From an uncultured Pseudomonadales bacterium (lineage in GTDB: Bacteria; Patescibacteriota; Microgenomatia; UBA1400; UBA12028): a DNA stretch of 64,000 bases. Within the stretch, counting starts at the first letter, position 1. The number at the start of each line of letters is the position of its first letter. The position numbers and the translations under genes are program-made. Below are positions 8,206 to 17,338 of the stretch, piece after piece. The stretch spans positions 2,251 to 66,250 of the forward strand of contig CAZBKJ010000001.1 of the NCBI GenBank assembly GCA_964492495.1. Reading direction: 5' to 3'. The notes beneath the pieces were generated by a model. The model saw only the letters and a list, made by a program, of their open reading frames with translations. It was not told the DNA's origin and did no database searches.

Positions 8206-8781
8206 CTACATTCCTTGCAGTGATTCTTCGACTGTCCCTGTGATGTCTGTATAGACCACATAGCTAGCTGGCACAAATGTGTCTTCTGCAATCTGTGTTC
8301 GAACACAGTCCACGCTATATCCTTCATTGGAAAGAGTACTGATACTTTGGCTACTAGAGAGGTTAGGAATACTCATGCCCAAAGAATCTGTTTTTTGTAG
8401 CAGGACAGCAAGCTGTTCTTTTGAGGGAATTTGGCTTTTAAACCCGATTGCTGACCCTTCTTCCCAAATATAAAAGACAACACCATCTGATACGACAATT
8501 CCAGAAGTCTTACCTGATCCTAAGTTTACATGTGTCATCCGAACTCTATTTCTTTGAGTAATTGCTTGAATTGGTTGACTATCTTGTCCTTTTTGTATGG
8601 TACATGCGACAGCTTCTCCATTGTCATATGCTGCTTCAATCTCATCTGCACTCATGCTTGTGGTAGAGTCTTCCACTGGTATGAGCGTAGGAGATGGGTT
8701 CGGATTTATGGGTGTCGTACTGCATCCAGCAAGAAAGAGAGCGCAGATGGGAACTATCGAAAAGCGTTGTATTCTGGTCAT
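8206..8781 (-). CDS. lipoprotein, hypothetical (paralog of 6740..7381)
   Basis: Signal peptide plus LAGC lipobox; C-terminal ...DCVRTQIAEDTFVPASYVVYTDITG matches the paralog. Confidence 0.6.
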   Translation of the reverse strand: MTRIQRFSIVPICALFLAGCSTTPINPNPSPTLIPVEDSTTSMSADEIEAAYDNGEAVACTIQKGQDSQPIQAITQRNRVRMTHVNLGSGKTSGIVVSDGVVFYIWEEGSAIGFKSQIPSKEQLAVLLQKTDSLGMSIPNLSSSQSISTLSNEGYSVDCVRTQIAEDTFVPASYVVYTDITGTVEESLQGM

Positions 8782-8870
8782 AGAGTGGCATCATACATGA
8801 GTTGGGGTACGTCACTTTATGAGAAACGAAAGAATTATGTAAGAAAGAGATCTGGTAAGATAAAAAATAT

Positions 8871-9338
8871 ATGATGCGCTGGACACTGGGATTTGTTTTT
8901 AATTCAGATTTTTCTCAAGTTTTACTCATTCATAAAGAGCATCCGGCTCACCAAAAAGGAAAATGGAATGGATTGGGTGGAAAGTATGAAAAAGACGAGA
9001 CAGCAGAGCAGTGTATCGTACGAGAAATTCTTGAAGAATCAGGCTTACAAACCAAGGAAAAAGACTGGAAAAAAGTTGCTCTACTTCATGGAGATACCCA
9101 CACCAAAGATACAACAGGAGAATGCTGGGAAATGGATGTACTTGCTACAGCCTATTCAGGAAACCTTATTGATGCCCAAACACTCACAGATGAGAAAGTA
9201 GCGTGGTTTCTTGTCGGCTCTCTTCCAAAGACCAAACGAAACCTTCACTGGCTTATCCCATTGTGTATCGATGCGGTGTGCCACTGTGAGATTGAGAAGG
9301 TAACTGTGCTGTATACTCCAAGTGATAATTGGAAATAA
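8871..9338 (+). CDS. NUDIX hydrolase
   Basis: Nudix box GKWNGLGGKYEKDETAEQCIVREILEESGL (GX5EX7REUXEEXGU). Confidence 0.85.
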   Translation: MMRWTLGFVFNSDFSQVLLIHKEHPAHQKGKWNGLGGKYEKDETAEQCIVREILEESGLQTKEKDWKKVALLHGDTHTKDTTGECWEMDVLATAYSGNLIDAQTLTDEKVAWFLVGSLPKTKRNLHWLIPLCIDAVCHCEIEKVTVLYTPSDNWK

Positions 9339-9343
9339 TTCAT

Positions 9344-9868
9344 ATGCCAAAACTTGTCCTCCCAGACCTTCTGTACAAAAAAAGTTTTTTTGAGGCGTTT
9401 GCTGAGTACCTGAACGAGGAAACACCGCCTCCTCATTATTTGGAAACGAGAGCCTTTTTTGAAGAAGATAATTTGGAGGGGTACATACAGCGAGCCCGGG
9501 ATGGAAGACAAGGGAAAAATCTACCCAATGGGTATGTTCCATGGACAGATTATTGGCTGGTTGAAGGTAATCACTTTTTAGGACATCTCTCTTTTCGTCA
9601 TGAACTTTCAGACTGGCTCAAAAGAATTGGTGGACATATTGGCTATGACATTCGCCCCAGTGAACGTGGGAAAGGATATGGAAGCCTTATCTTGAAGCTT
9701 GGCCTTGAAAAAGCCAAAGAGCTCGGGCTTGAGAATGTGCTTATTACCTGCCAGGTTGGCAACACGGCATCAAAAAAAATTATCGAGAAAAATGGTGGAG
9801 TTTTGGAAAAAATAAATCCCGGGGAAAATGGAGAAAAGGATATTCAATTGTTTTGGATTAAAGTATGA
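9344..9868 (+). CDS. GNAT family N-acetyltransferase
   Basis: Acetyl-CoA binding motif RPSERGKGYGSLIL...; the ATG at 9344 gives a compact junction with the Nudix gene. ORF track start is 9329. Confidence 0.75.
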   Translation: MPKLVLPDLLYKKSFFEAFAEYLNEETPPPHYLETRAFFEEDNLEGYIQRARDGRQGKNLPNGYVPWTDYWLVEGNHFLGHLSFRHELSDWLKRIGGHIGYDIRPSERGKGYGSLILKLGLEKAKELGLENVLITCQVGNTASKKIIEKNGGVLEKINPGENGEKDIQLFWIKV

Positions 9869-10488
9869 AAAATCTTTTTTTAACTTCAAGTAATTGTTTT
9901 GTCATGGAAGATGTAATAAGACATGTCCCTAATTATAAAAAAGGAATGAAGTTGGTTTTCGTTCCTACTGCTGCTGAAGTAGAAAAGGGATATCTGAGTT
10001 GGATTCATGAAGATAGGCAAGCACTTATTGATGTTGGGTTTACAGTAAGTGATTTTTCTCTGGCAAATAAATCACTTGAAGAAGTACAAAAAGCATTCGA
10101 TCCAGCGCAGGTAGTGATGTTTTCGGGAGGAAACACGTATTTTTTGATGCAGGAAATCCAGCGGAGCAACTGTGCAGAATACATACGCAATAGAGTCTCG
10201 AACGGGCTTGTATATATGGGTACAAGCGCTGGTTCAATAGTAGCTGGTCCAAAAATTGATATGGTTGGTGATCTAGATGATCGAAGTCTGGCACCAGATC
10301 TTATAGGAGACGAGTGTCTTCAATTAACAGATGTAATTATTTTTCCACACTGGGGAAGTCCACATTTTGAGAAACGGTACGAAAAATGTATGCAAAACGG
10401 ATACAAAAAAGGTAATAAGATTGTGTTACTTACAGACGACCAGTATCTCTGGGTCAAAGACGATTGTTACCAGATTATCAGTATATAA
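9865..10488 (+). CDS. peptidase E-like (S51 family, class I glutamine amidotransferase fold)
   Basis: VMFSGGNTYFLMQEIQRS...YMGTSAGSIVAGP match the S51 dipeptidase E signatures. Confidence 0.7.
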   Translation: MKNLFLTSSNCFVMEDVIRHVPNYKKGMKLVFVPTAAEVEKGYLSWIHEDRQALIDVGFTVSDFSLANKSLEEVQKAFDPAQVVMFSGGNTYFLMQEIQRSNCAEYIRNRVSNGLVYMGTSAGSIVAGPKIDMVGDLDDRSLAPDLIGDECLQLTDVIIFPHWGSPHFEKRYEKCMQNGYKKGNKIVLLTDDQYLWVKDDCYQIISI

Positions 10489-10496
10489 ATCAATGT

Positions 10497-10850
10497 TTAA
10501 CTTCTTGTAGATCTTGTAATACTCTCAATGATTCCTGAAACACCCTGAGAGTCTCCTTTCATCCTTGCTATAAAAAGCAACCCTTCGATGAGCTGATGTG
10601 GTGGTCTCTCTTGAGATCTTCTGTGAATTTTTGTATGACAGTGAGAACACAATACTTGCGCATTTTCACGGCAAGCAACAAACTTACCCGGAATGTTATA
10701 TCTCTTTGCTTCACAGACCCATACATATTTATGATGAAGTTGTAGCTCATGTGGTGATAGTTTTACCGTGCACAATTCACAACGAAGTTGTACTTCCTGC
10801 TTGGCTTTTTCTTTGAGTGTTCTTCCAAAACTTCGTTGATTTTCTTCAAT
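10497..10850 (-). CDS. HNH endonuclease (small, standalone)
   Basis: CELCTVKLSPHELQLHHK...CSHCHTKIH His-Me finger. Start taken at MIEENQ (10850) so it does not overlap the alkD-like gene; ORF track gives 10497..11018. Confidence 0.65.
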   Translation of the reverse strand: MEENQRSFGRTLKEKAKQEVQLRCELCTVKLSPHELQLHHKYVWVCEAKRYNIPGKFVACRENAQVLCSHCHTKIHRRSQERPPHQLIEGLLFIARMKGDSQGVSGIIESITRSTRS

Positions 10851-10935
10851 CATTTCTTCTACTAAGACAAAAAAAGAGGAGAAAAGAAAGTCCTGTAATT
10901 TTATATAAAAATTCGATAGAATACATTTTCGGCTT

Positions 10936-11649
10936 ATGAATGATCTTTCACTATTGCGGGATGAAATGCAAAAAACAGCTTCGCCAGCACGTGCAAAAAA
11001 TCTCTCATGGTTTTTCAAGACAGGGAAAGGTCAGTATGGTGAAGGTGATGTTTTTTGTGGACTCACCGTCCCCCAGTCGCGAATAATCGCTGGTCATTTC
11101 CCAAGTCTTTCACTCAAACGTATTGAGAGTTTACTTAAAAGTCCAACTCATGAAGAGCGCTTGATTGCTCTTTTTATCTTGGTGTCTCAGTTTTCAAAAG
11201 CAGATGAAGACGAGAAAAAAAAGATTGTTGATTTTTATCTTTCACATGCAGATCGGGTAAACAACTGGGATCTCGTGGATTCCTCAGCTGATAAGATCCT
11301 CGGAGAATGGTTGCTCCTTCATCCTGATGAAAATCTCATACAAAAACTGGCAACATCTTCTTTGTTATGGGAACGACGCATAGCGATGGTGTCAACGTTT
11401 GCGTTTATAAAAAAAGGAAAACCTGAATTAACATTTTTGGTTGCACGTATGCTTCTTGCCGACAAAGAAGATCTTATTCACAAAGCAACAGGCTGGATGC
11501 TTCGGGAAGTTGGCAAACGCTGTGGAAGAGAGAAATTGATCAAGTTTTTGAGCACGTCATACAAATTCATGCCACGGACTGCCCTGCGGTATTCAATTGA
11601 GCATTTTCCACCGCAGGAGCGGAAGCGGTACTTACAGGGACTGGTGTAG
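10936..11649 (+). CDS. DNA alkylation repair protein (AlkD/AlkC-like HEAT-repeat glycosylase family)
   Basis: Whole-length pattern typical of PF08713 (ARAKNLSWFFKTGKGQYGEGDVFCGLTVP...NNWDLVD...WERRIAM...GWMLRE). Confidence 0.7.
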   Translation: MNDLSLLRDEMQKTASPARAKNLSWFFKTGKGQYGEGDVFCGLTVPQSRIIAGHFPSLSLKRIESLLKSPTHEERLIALFILVSQFSKADEDEKKKIVDFYLSHADRVNNWDLVDSSADKILGEWLLLHPDENLIQKLATSSLLWERRIAMVSTFAFIKKGKPELTFLVARMLLADKEDLIHKATGWMLREVGKRCGREKLIKFLSTSYKFMPRTALRYSIEHFPPQERKRYLQGLV

Positions 11650-12283
11650 GAGGGTTTTTCTTTTTGAGTCGAATGCCAAATTCTAGGAACACACGAAGAT
11701 ACAGTACGAGGAGTGCAAAGAACGTCAGCACTAAACGAGGTGGCGCAAGAGAATTGCGTGAGAGAAACCACTGCGTCCAGATAGCTTCTTCGAGATAAAA
11801 GGCGCGGATGATTAACAAGAGATAGGCAATGTATCCAGCTCGAAGTAATGTTCTCCAATTTTTTCCAAACATTTTGACTGCCCAGTTTGATGAGATCAGT
11901 GCCATGAATGTGAGTATCGCCATTGCTCCTAGACCGAGGAGAACATCAATATCCTTGAGTGATGATGAAAGATTTGTCCAGTACCGATCCGTATCCCGAA
12001 AAAACAGTGAGATCGAATAGGTGAGTGCGCAAAAGTATCCGGTGATTCCAAGCATTTTTCTGTACTTTAGTTTTGTATCAAAAACATCAAGAAAAAAACT
12101 TAAACCACTCAGGGCAAACGAGCAGCCAATGAGTATTCCACTCGTGAACGCAACTGATTCACTTAGTCCAACAAATGATAGTTCGCCAAGATACAACACA
12201 CTATACACAACACTGAAACCGTACAAAGCAACGGCAAAAACAAATGTTTGAAGCCAAAGGGTAGTAATATCTGGTGGTTTCAC
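11567..12283 (-). CDS. ferric reductase-like transmembrane protein (second MsrQ/YedZ-like paralog)
   Basis: FGKNWRTLLRAGYIAYLLLIIRAFY motif; polytopic; GTG start at 12283 preceded by gcTACAATAg. Confidence 0.45.
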   Translation of the reverse strand: MKPPDITTLWLQTFVFAVALYGFSVVYSVLYLGELSFVGLSESVAFTSGILIGCSFALSGLSFFLDVFDTKLKYRKMLGITGYFCALTYSISLFFRDTDRYWTNLSSSLKDIDVLLGLGAMAILTFMALISSNWAVKMFGKNWRTLLRAGYIAYLLLIIRAFYLEEAIWTQWFLSRNSLAPPRLVLTFFALLVLYLRVFLEFGIRLKKKNPPTPVPVSTASAPAVENAQLNTAGQSVA

Positions 12284-12292
12284 GATATTTCT

Positions 12293-12298
12293 ATTGTA
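12293..12298 (-). promoter_or_regulatory. -10 element TACAAT on the minus strand, 9 nt upstream of the GTG start at 12283
   Basis: The reverse complement reads atatagcTACAATAGaaatatcGTG. Confidence 0.35.
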
Positions 12299-12345
12299 GC
12301 TATATTTCGTGTCTTTGTGAAAAGAAATTTTTTTGTGAAAAAAGG

Positions 12346-13134
12346 TTATACATCTTCAGGCTTTTCTGAAGCAACGAGTCCTTTGAACGCTAAATATTCT
12401 AGTATTCCTTGTGAAAGACCATTTGCAACGTCATCTGTTCGTTGGGTGAGTATTTTTCGGTCTGAGGGATTACTTAAAAATCCGGATTCAAAAATCACCG
12501 CTGTTGTCATCGGATGAATGGAATGTTCATATCTCCACCAAGCGAATGCATAGTATCCTCGCATATTGCGAGAGACATTTGGATCGATCGACATGCCAGT
12601 TGCTTTTTGGTAGGTTTTTTCGATGGCAGACACCAAATGCTCTGCGTCCCCAGTACGGTCTCTCCATGGACCTGCTACCTTAAAGCCCGATGCTTTCAGG
12701 CTTGTACTTCCATCTGCATGAATAGCAATAAACGCATCAGCCCAATAGTCAGGAGGAACAGTCGCGGGGATGATATCAACGGCAATACTTTTTTGTTCTA
12801 AAATCTTGGCAACTTCATTTGCGATGAGTAAGTTTATTTCCCACTCAGTCTTTCCACCACCAGATGCGCCAGTATTTCCGATGAGTTTATCGAGTTCTTC
12901 TGGGAGCTCGTTGTTTTTCCAGTGTCCGACTTGGAGTCCAACTCGAACAGGGCCATCTGGTCTCTTCCACTCTTTAAGCCAACTCCACTCATCGCTTACC
13001 GGAACATCTTCCAGTGCCTCGCCATACGGGGGAGCACCACTGACTTCAGGAGCGGGAGATGAAAACAAGAAACGTGCAATTCCAACGAACAAAAGAAGAC
13101 CACAACAAAAAAGGCCGAACTTTTTCATTTTCAT
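12346..13134 (-). CDS. N-acetylmuramoyl-L-alanine amidase (Amidase_3 family)
   Basis: Signal/TM N-terminus; VGLQVGHWKNNE...DAFIAIHADGS...ESGFLSNPSD match the zinc-binding residues of MurNAc-LAA. Confidence 0.8.
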   Translation of the reverse strand: MKMKKFGLFCCGLLLFVGIARFLFSSPAPEVSGAPPYGEALEDVPVSDEWSWLKEWKRPDGPVRVGLQVGHWKNNELPEELDKLIGNTGASGGGKTEWEINLLIANEVAKILEQKSIAVDIIPATVPPDYWADAFIAIHADGSTSLKASGFKVAGPWRDRTGDAEHLVSAIEKTYQKATGMSIDPNVSRNMRGYYAFAWWRYEHSIHPMTTAVIFESGFLSNPSDRKILTQRTDDVANGLSQGILEYLAFKGLVASEKPEDV

Positions 13135-13181
13135 ACGGTAGCAATGGATACTGAATGCAACCTGAAAGATTGTGTAGAATA

Positions 13182-13664
13182 CTAGGTCACATCGGAAATT
13201 GTATATGTGACGGTTGAGGAAGGGAGCGCGACTTCTACAATGTCTCCCACTTTTTTCCCAAAAACCGCTTTTCCAATTGGGCTACTCATTGAGAGTTTAT
13301 TTTCCTTTGGGTTAGACTCATATTCAGATACCAGAAGAAAGGTAAGTGTACGAGTGTCATTTTTCAGTGTAATGGTACTTCCAAACCCAATAGTATCTTT
13401 GTTGTCTTGGCGCTGAACTACATGCCCGAAGCGAAGTTTGTAGTGAATATCACGAAGTTGTCTGCTGATATCTCCGAGCTCTTGCTTGGCATACCTGTAT
13501 GCTCCGTTTTCGGACAAGTCTCCCATTTCACGAGCTACAGAAAGTCGTATCACTACTTCTTCGCGCAGTTTTGTGAGACGCTTGAGTTCCTGGCCAATTT
13601 TTTCGTACGCATCTTTGGTAAACGGAATCGATGGAATTTTGTTTGGAATTGTTCGCATACTCCA
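13182..13664 (-). CDS. greA: transcription elongation factor GreA
   Basis: PFTKDAYEKIGQELKRL...DLSENGAYRYAKQELGDI; start taken at MRTIPNK (13664). ORF track start is 13727. Confidence 0.85.
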   Translation of the reverse strand, partial: WSMRTIPNKIPSIPFTKDAYEKIGQELKRLTKLREEVVIRLSVAREMGDLSENGAYRYAKQELGDISRQLRDIHYKLRFGHVVQRQDNKDTIGFGSTITLKNDTRTLTFLLVSEYESNPKENKLSMSSPIGKAVFGKKVGDIVEVALPSSTVTYTISDVT

Positions 13665-13680
13665 TAGTATACTGCCATGT

Positions 13681-14748
13681 ATGGAAAAGCGTGCAAAAAT
13701 AGTTGTTTTGATCACTCTTGGTATCACGTGTTTTGTTGGGTCTTTTCTATACTTTTCAAAAGGTAGAAGTACTCAGAAAGTAATTCAAGAAATCTCAAAA
13801 CCACGTATCACAAATTCACTTCCAGCACTCAAACCCTCGCCGACTAGTTTTCCGTTCCAAGAATTAACAATTCCGTACCTGCGAACACGAAGCTACGACA
13901 GTAGTATTGCAGGTCTTGTTCGTCACCAAAACAAAGCAAACTATACGTCATATACAACGTCATATCAGTCAGATGGATTGAAGATTAATGCACTGCTGAC
14001 TGAGCCAACAGGTACTCCGCCCGTGGGTGGCTGGCCAGCAATCGTATTTGTTCACGGATACATCCCTCCAAGCTCGTATCAAACGACGACACGATATATC
14101 GATCATGTTGATTATCTAGCACGCAATGGGTTTGTGGTATTAAAGATTGATCTTCGAGGACATGGTGAGTCTGAAGGCGAGCCAAATGGAGCGTACCAGT
14201 CCAGTGACTACATTGTTGATACCCTGAGTGCAATCGAGGCTCTCAAAAAACTCCCGTTTGTGCATAAAGACAAAATTGGACTCTGGGGTCATAGTATGGC
14301 GGGCAATATCATCATGCGAAGTCTAGCTGTACGACCTGAAATTCCTGCCATCGCAATCTGGGGTGGAGCTGTCTATACATACACTGATATGAAGGACTAT
14401 GGAATAGATGATGGAAGTTATCGTCCGCCTGCCAGCACGTCTCCACAAGCGGTAAAGAGACGGGCGCTCACAGAAGCACATGGTCAATTTGATCCAGACG
14501 ATGAGTTTTGGAAACTCGTTCCTGCAACAAATTTTCTTGATGGCATACAAGGGGCAGTAGGCATATTTCACGCGGTGAACGATCCCGTTGTCAGCGTGGA
14601 GTATGGTCGAAATTTAAACAAAATCTTGGACGAGACACAAATTCCCCATGAACTTCATGAGTATCCAGACGGGGGACACAATATTTCTGGAGCGAGTTTT
14701 TCCAGGGCAATGCAAGATACGGTCAACTTTTTTCAGAAGAACCTCTAA
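13681..14748 (+). CDS. alpha/beta hydrolase (dienelactone hydrolase / S9-like)
   Basis: N-terminal TM; GWPAIVFVHGY...DKIGLWGHSMAGN (GxSxG elbow); start taken at ATG 13681 (MEKRAKIVV). ORF track start is 13486. Confidence 0.7.
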   Translation: MEKRAKIVVLITLGITCFVGSFLYFSKGRSTQKVIQEISKPRITNSLPALKPSPTSFPFQELTIPYLRTRSYDSSIAGLVRHQNKANYTSYTTSYQSDGLKINALLTEPTGTPPVGGWPAIVFVHGYIPPSSYQTTTRYIDHVDYLARNGFVVLKIDLRGHGESEGEPNGAYQSSDYIVDTLSAIEALKKLPFVHKDKIGLWGHSMAGNIIMRSLAVRPEIPAIAIWGGAVYTYTDMKDYGIDDGSYRPPASTSPQAVKRRALTEAHGQFDPDDEFWKLVPATNFLDGIQGAVGIFHAVNDPVVSVEYGRNLNKILDETQIPHELHEYPDGGHNISGASFSRAMQDTVNFFQKNL

Positions 14749-14761
14749 GTTCTCTCGATGG

Positions 14762-14767
14762 TACAAT
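14762..14767 (+). promoter_or_regulatory. -10 element TACAAT(AC), 7 nt upstream of the uORF ATG at 14775
   Basis: ggTACAATACttctcATG. Confidence 0.4.
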
Positions 14768-14774
14768 ACTTCTC

Positions 14775-14930
14775 ATGAATCTTTCAGTTGGTATAGTAGG
14801 GTTGCCCAACGTCTGTCCCGGTACTAAAAACTTTATTTTTCGCAGTCGGCTTATTCAGCCGGTTCGAAAATCACGTTTTCATACAGGACTCGACAGTTCA
14901 CATAGTGCAGTAGCCAAGAGGTTTTTATGA
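14775..14930 (+). CDS. upstream ORF (51 codons). Its first 13 residues, MNLSVGIVGLPNV, duplicate the YchF N-terminus. Its TGA stop overlaps the ychF ATG (ATGA).
   Basis: Translated by hand; absent from the ORF track because it is under 60 aa. Copy 1 and copy 2 differ at three codons (ctt/tta, tca/agt, gtt/gta), all synonymous. Confidence 0.4.
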   Translation: MNLSVGIVGLPNVCPGTKNFIFRSRLIQPVRKSRFHTGLDSSHSAVAKRFL

Positions 14931-14965
14931 ATTTAAGTGTAGGTATAGTAGGGTTGCCCAACGTC
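14775..14965 (+). repeat. direct repeat of the ychF 5' end (~39 bp at 14775-14813 and 14927-14965) flanking a 113-bp unique insert
   Basis: An identical 25-mer ggtatagtagggttgcccaacgtc occurs in both copies. Confidence 0.8.
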
Positions 14966-16015
14966 GGTAAGTCCACACTTTTTAATGCGTTGTTAAAACA
15001 GCAGGTAGCTTTGGCTGCCAATTATCCTTTTGCGACCATTGAACCAAACGTTGGAATTGCTCAAGTTCCAGACGCTAGGCTAGAAAAACTGGCAGAGGTT
15101 GTCCATACAACGGTACTCAAACCCGCAACTGTTGAGTTTGTAGATATCGCGGGCTTGGTAAAGGGTGCTAGTACCGGTGAAGGCTTGGGAAATAAATTCC
15201 TCTCACATATCCGTGAAACTTCGGCAATTTGTCATGTATTGCGTGCGTTTAGCGACTCTGAAATCCTTCGTGAGGGGGCAGTTGGCCCGAAAGAAGATTT
15301 GGAAATCATCCGAACGGAGCTTCAATTAGCTGATCTTGCGACACTTGAAAAACAACCGCAACCAAAAGGTGCAGTGACTCCAGAGGCCAAAGAAAAATGG
15401 GACGTGATTGTGAAGTGTAAAGAAACAATCAACAGAGGAAAGATGGTAAACACCCTTGAGCTTACTCCCGAAGAAAAAGACATTGCCAAGGAACTCAATC
15501 TTCTCACAGCCAAAGCAGAAATCTTTGCGATCAATGTGGATGAAGGGGAAATAGCAACAAGAGGCAAGGGGGAAGAGATCAGCAAGATAGCATCAGAGTT
15601 GGGCGAGAATCCGGATTCTATAGTGGTCATTAGTGCTCGAATTGAGAGTGAACTTTCATCACTGTCAGAAAACGATCAAAAAGAATACATGAAGGAACTC
15701 GGAATAGAAAAAAGTGGATTGGAGCGCCTCGCTGAAACTGCATACAAGACACTGGGACTTCAAAGTTTCTTAACCGCTGGCGAACTAGAAGTGCGAGCGT
15801 GGACGATCAAACAAGGAACTACTGCTCCACTCGCGGCTGGGGCAATTCACACTGATTTTATTAAGAAATTTATCAAAGCGAACATTGCAACCTACGACGA
15901 TTTTATTTCATACAAAGGATGGAAGGCTCTCAAAGATGCCGGAAAAATGCGAATTGAGGGAAAAGACTACGTGATGCAGGAAGGTGATGTCGTGGAGTTT
16001 ATGATTGGTGCATAG
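14927..16015 (+). CDS. ychF: ribosome-binding ATPase YchF (Obg-family GTPase)
   Basis: G1 GLPNVGKST; TGS-like C-terminal domain; RBS aagagg 6 nt upstream. Confidence 0.95.
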   Translation: MNLSVGIVGLPNVGKSTLFNALLKQQVALAANYPFATIEPNVGIAQVPDARLEKLAEVVHTTVLKPATVEFVDIAGLVKGASTGEGLGNKFLSHIRETSAICHVLRAFSDSEILREGAVGPKEDLEIIRTELQLADLATLEKQPQPKGAVTPEAKEKWDVIVKCKETINRGKMVNTLELTPEEKDIAKELNLLTAKAEIFAINVDEGEIATRGKGEEISKIASELGENPDSIVVISARIESELSSLSENDQKEYMKELGIEKSGLERLAETAYKTLGLQSFLTAGELEVRAWTIKQGTTAPLAAGAIHTDFIKKFIKANIATYDDFISYKGWKALKDAGKMRIEGKDYVMQEGDVVEFMIGA

Positions 16016-16024
16016 ATAACTTTT

Positions 16025-16372
16025 ATGATTGAGAAAGTTGACGCTGCAAAAAAATCTATTTATTTTACGAATGTTGCACTCATAGTCGTAAATCACTGGT
16101 TGGACTTAATTACTACTCAAGGGATGATAAAAGTTCACGGCTTACACGTAGAGGCAAATGAGATAGCAAAACACTATTTTCTGAACAACCCAGAGTTTTT
16201 ATCACTATTAAAAGTTCTTGTGATACCAGCAATTATTGCAGTTCTATCCTATCTCATATATAAAAAGTATCCTCGTATTAGAGAAGCGTACATAACTGGC
16301 ATGCGTATCGCAAATGTCTGTTTGGTTTGTGTCGTTTTTACAAATGCATTTGTGATTACTTATAGAGGGTAG
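16025..16372 (+). CDS. hypothetical membrane protein
   Basis: 115 aa; three hydrophobic helices; AT-rich. Confidence 0.4.
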   Translation: MIEKVDAAKKSIYFTNVALIVVNHWLDLITTQGMIKVHGLHVEANEIAKHYFLNNPEFLSLLKVLVIPAIIAVLSYLIYKKYPRIREAYITGMRIANVCLVCVVFTNAFVITYRG

Positions 16373-16387
16373 TATCAAAACATACAT

Positions 16388-17338
16388 ATGGAAGTAATCA
16401 ATCAAGAAATAGAGGGAATTGCTTTTTCCAGTGATGATTTCTTAGGTATTTTTCAACCCCATTCGCTTCGATTGCTTGATAAAGTTGCTTTAACAAAAAC
16501 GTCAGGTATTGTTTCGAACTATGTTACAAAACGTGGAGGTAAAATTGCATTTTGTTTTGAAAATGCAGCTCAATTTACACCTCGTTTTGCAAAAATGCGA
16601 GACGACTTTAATAAGAATCCGGATAATAGTAAAAATTATAGAGATAGGGAAACTTTTCTTGGTCATTTAAGCGTCTTATCTAGAAGTGATGATCAAATCG
16701 GACATATAAAATTCATAACTGAACTATTTTTACAAACTTTTGATCTTTTGGGAAAAAATCCCAAGAAGGTCTCTGCTTTTTCTGAAAAGAATCCAGTTAT
16801 GGCTGTTTCTTCAGAAAAAACACGTGAGTTTTTTTTATCCCTTAGCACCACACATATAACCAATGAAGAAAAATATACGTCATCACTAGAGTTCTTATGT
16901 GAAATGGTTACCAGAGAGATTGTTATTTCAAGACAAATTCTTGATGCAAGGAGAAATAATACGTCTGTTATTGTTTTTAGAGGAACAGCTCACGTTGGAT
17001 TGATTCCAGCATTAGCTACACTTTCTCATATGCAGTATCCTAGTTTTGATTTTGAAAAGACCTACTCTGTACCGATGGGAGATAATAAACGACCTTTTGT
17101 TTCAGTACTATGGAATCTTCAATTCTGGAAAGATATTTTTGATGAATATGATGTAACTTTAGCTTCACTTCGCAATGAAAAAAATATCAAAAAAATAATA
17201 GAGACTTTTGAGCTTTTTATGAAAAGGAGCCAATGGGGGGATTTTATTTTATCTTCAATTGAAGATACAAGGCTTCTAGATGTCAAATCAATCATTGAAC
17301 TATCACAAACGTTGCCTGTTCATGGAAAGAGAACATAA
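16388..17338 (+). CDS. hypothetical protein
   Basis: 316 aa; AT-rich; no recognisable motif. Confidence 0.45.
   Translation: MEVINQEIEGIAFSSDDFLGIFQPHSLRLLDKVALTKTSGIVSNYVTKRGGKIAFCFENAAQFTPRFAKMRDDFNKNPDNSKNYRDRETFLGHLSVLSRSDDQIGHIKFITELFLQTFDLLGKNPKKVSAFSEKNPVMAVSSEKTREFFLSLSTTHITNEEKYTSSLEFLCEMVTREIVISRQILDARRNNTSVIVFRGTAHVGLIPALATLSHMQYPSFDFEKTYSVPMGDNKRPFVSVLWNLQFWKDIFDEYDVTLASLRNEKNIKKIIETFELFMKRSQWGDFILSSIEDTRLLDVKSIIELSQTLPVHGKRT

Noticed and set aside
14814-14926. tRNA-like T-arm (ggttcgaaaa) inside the 113-bp insert upstream of ychF
   Set aside because: The flanks do not pair into a T-stem and there is no acceptor stem; chance resemblance.
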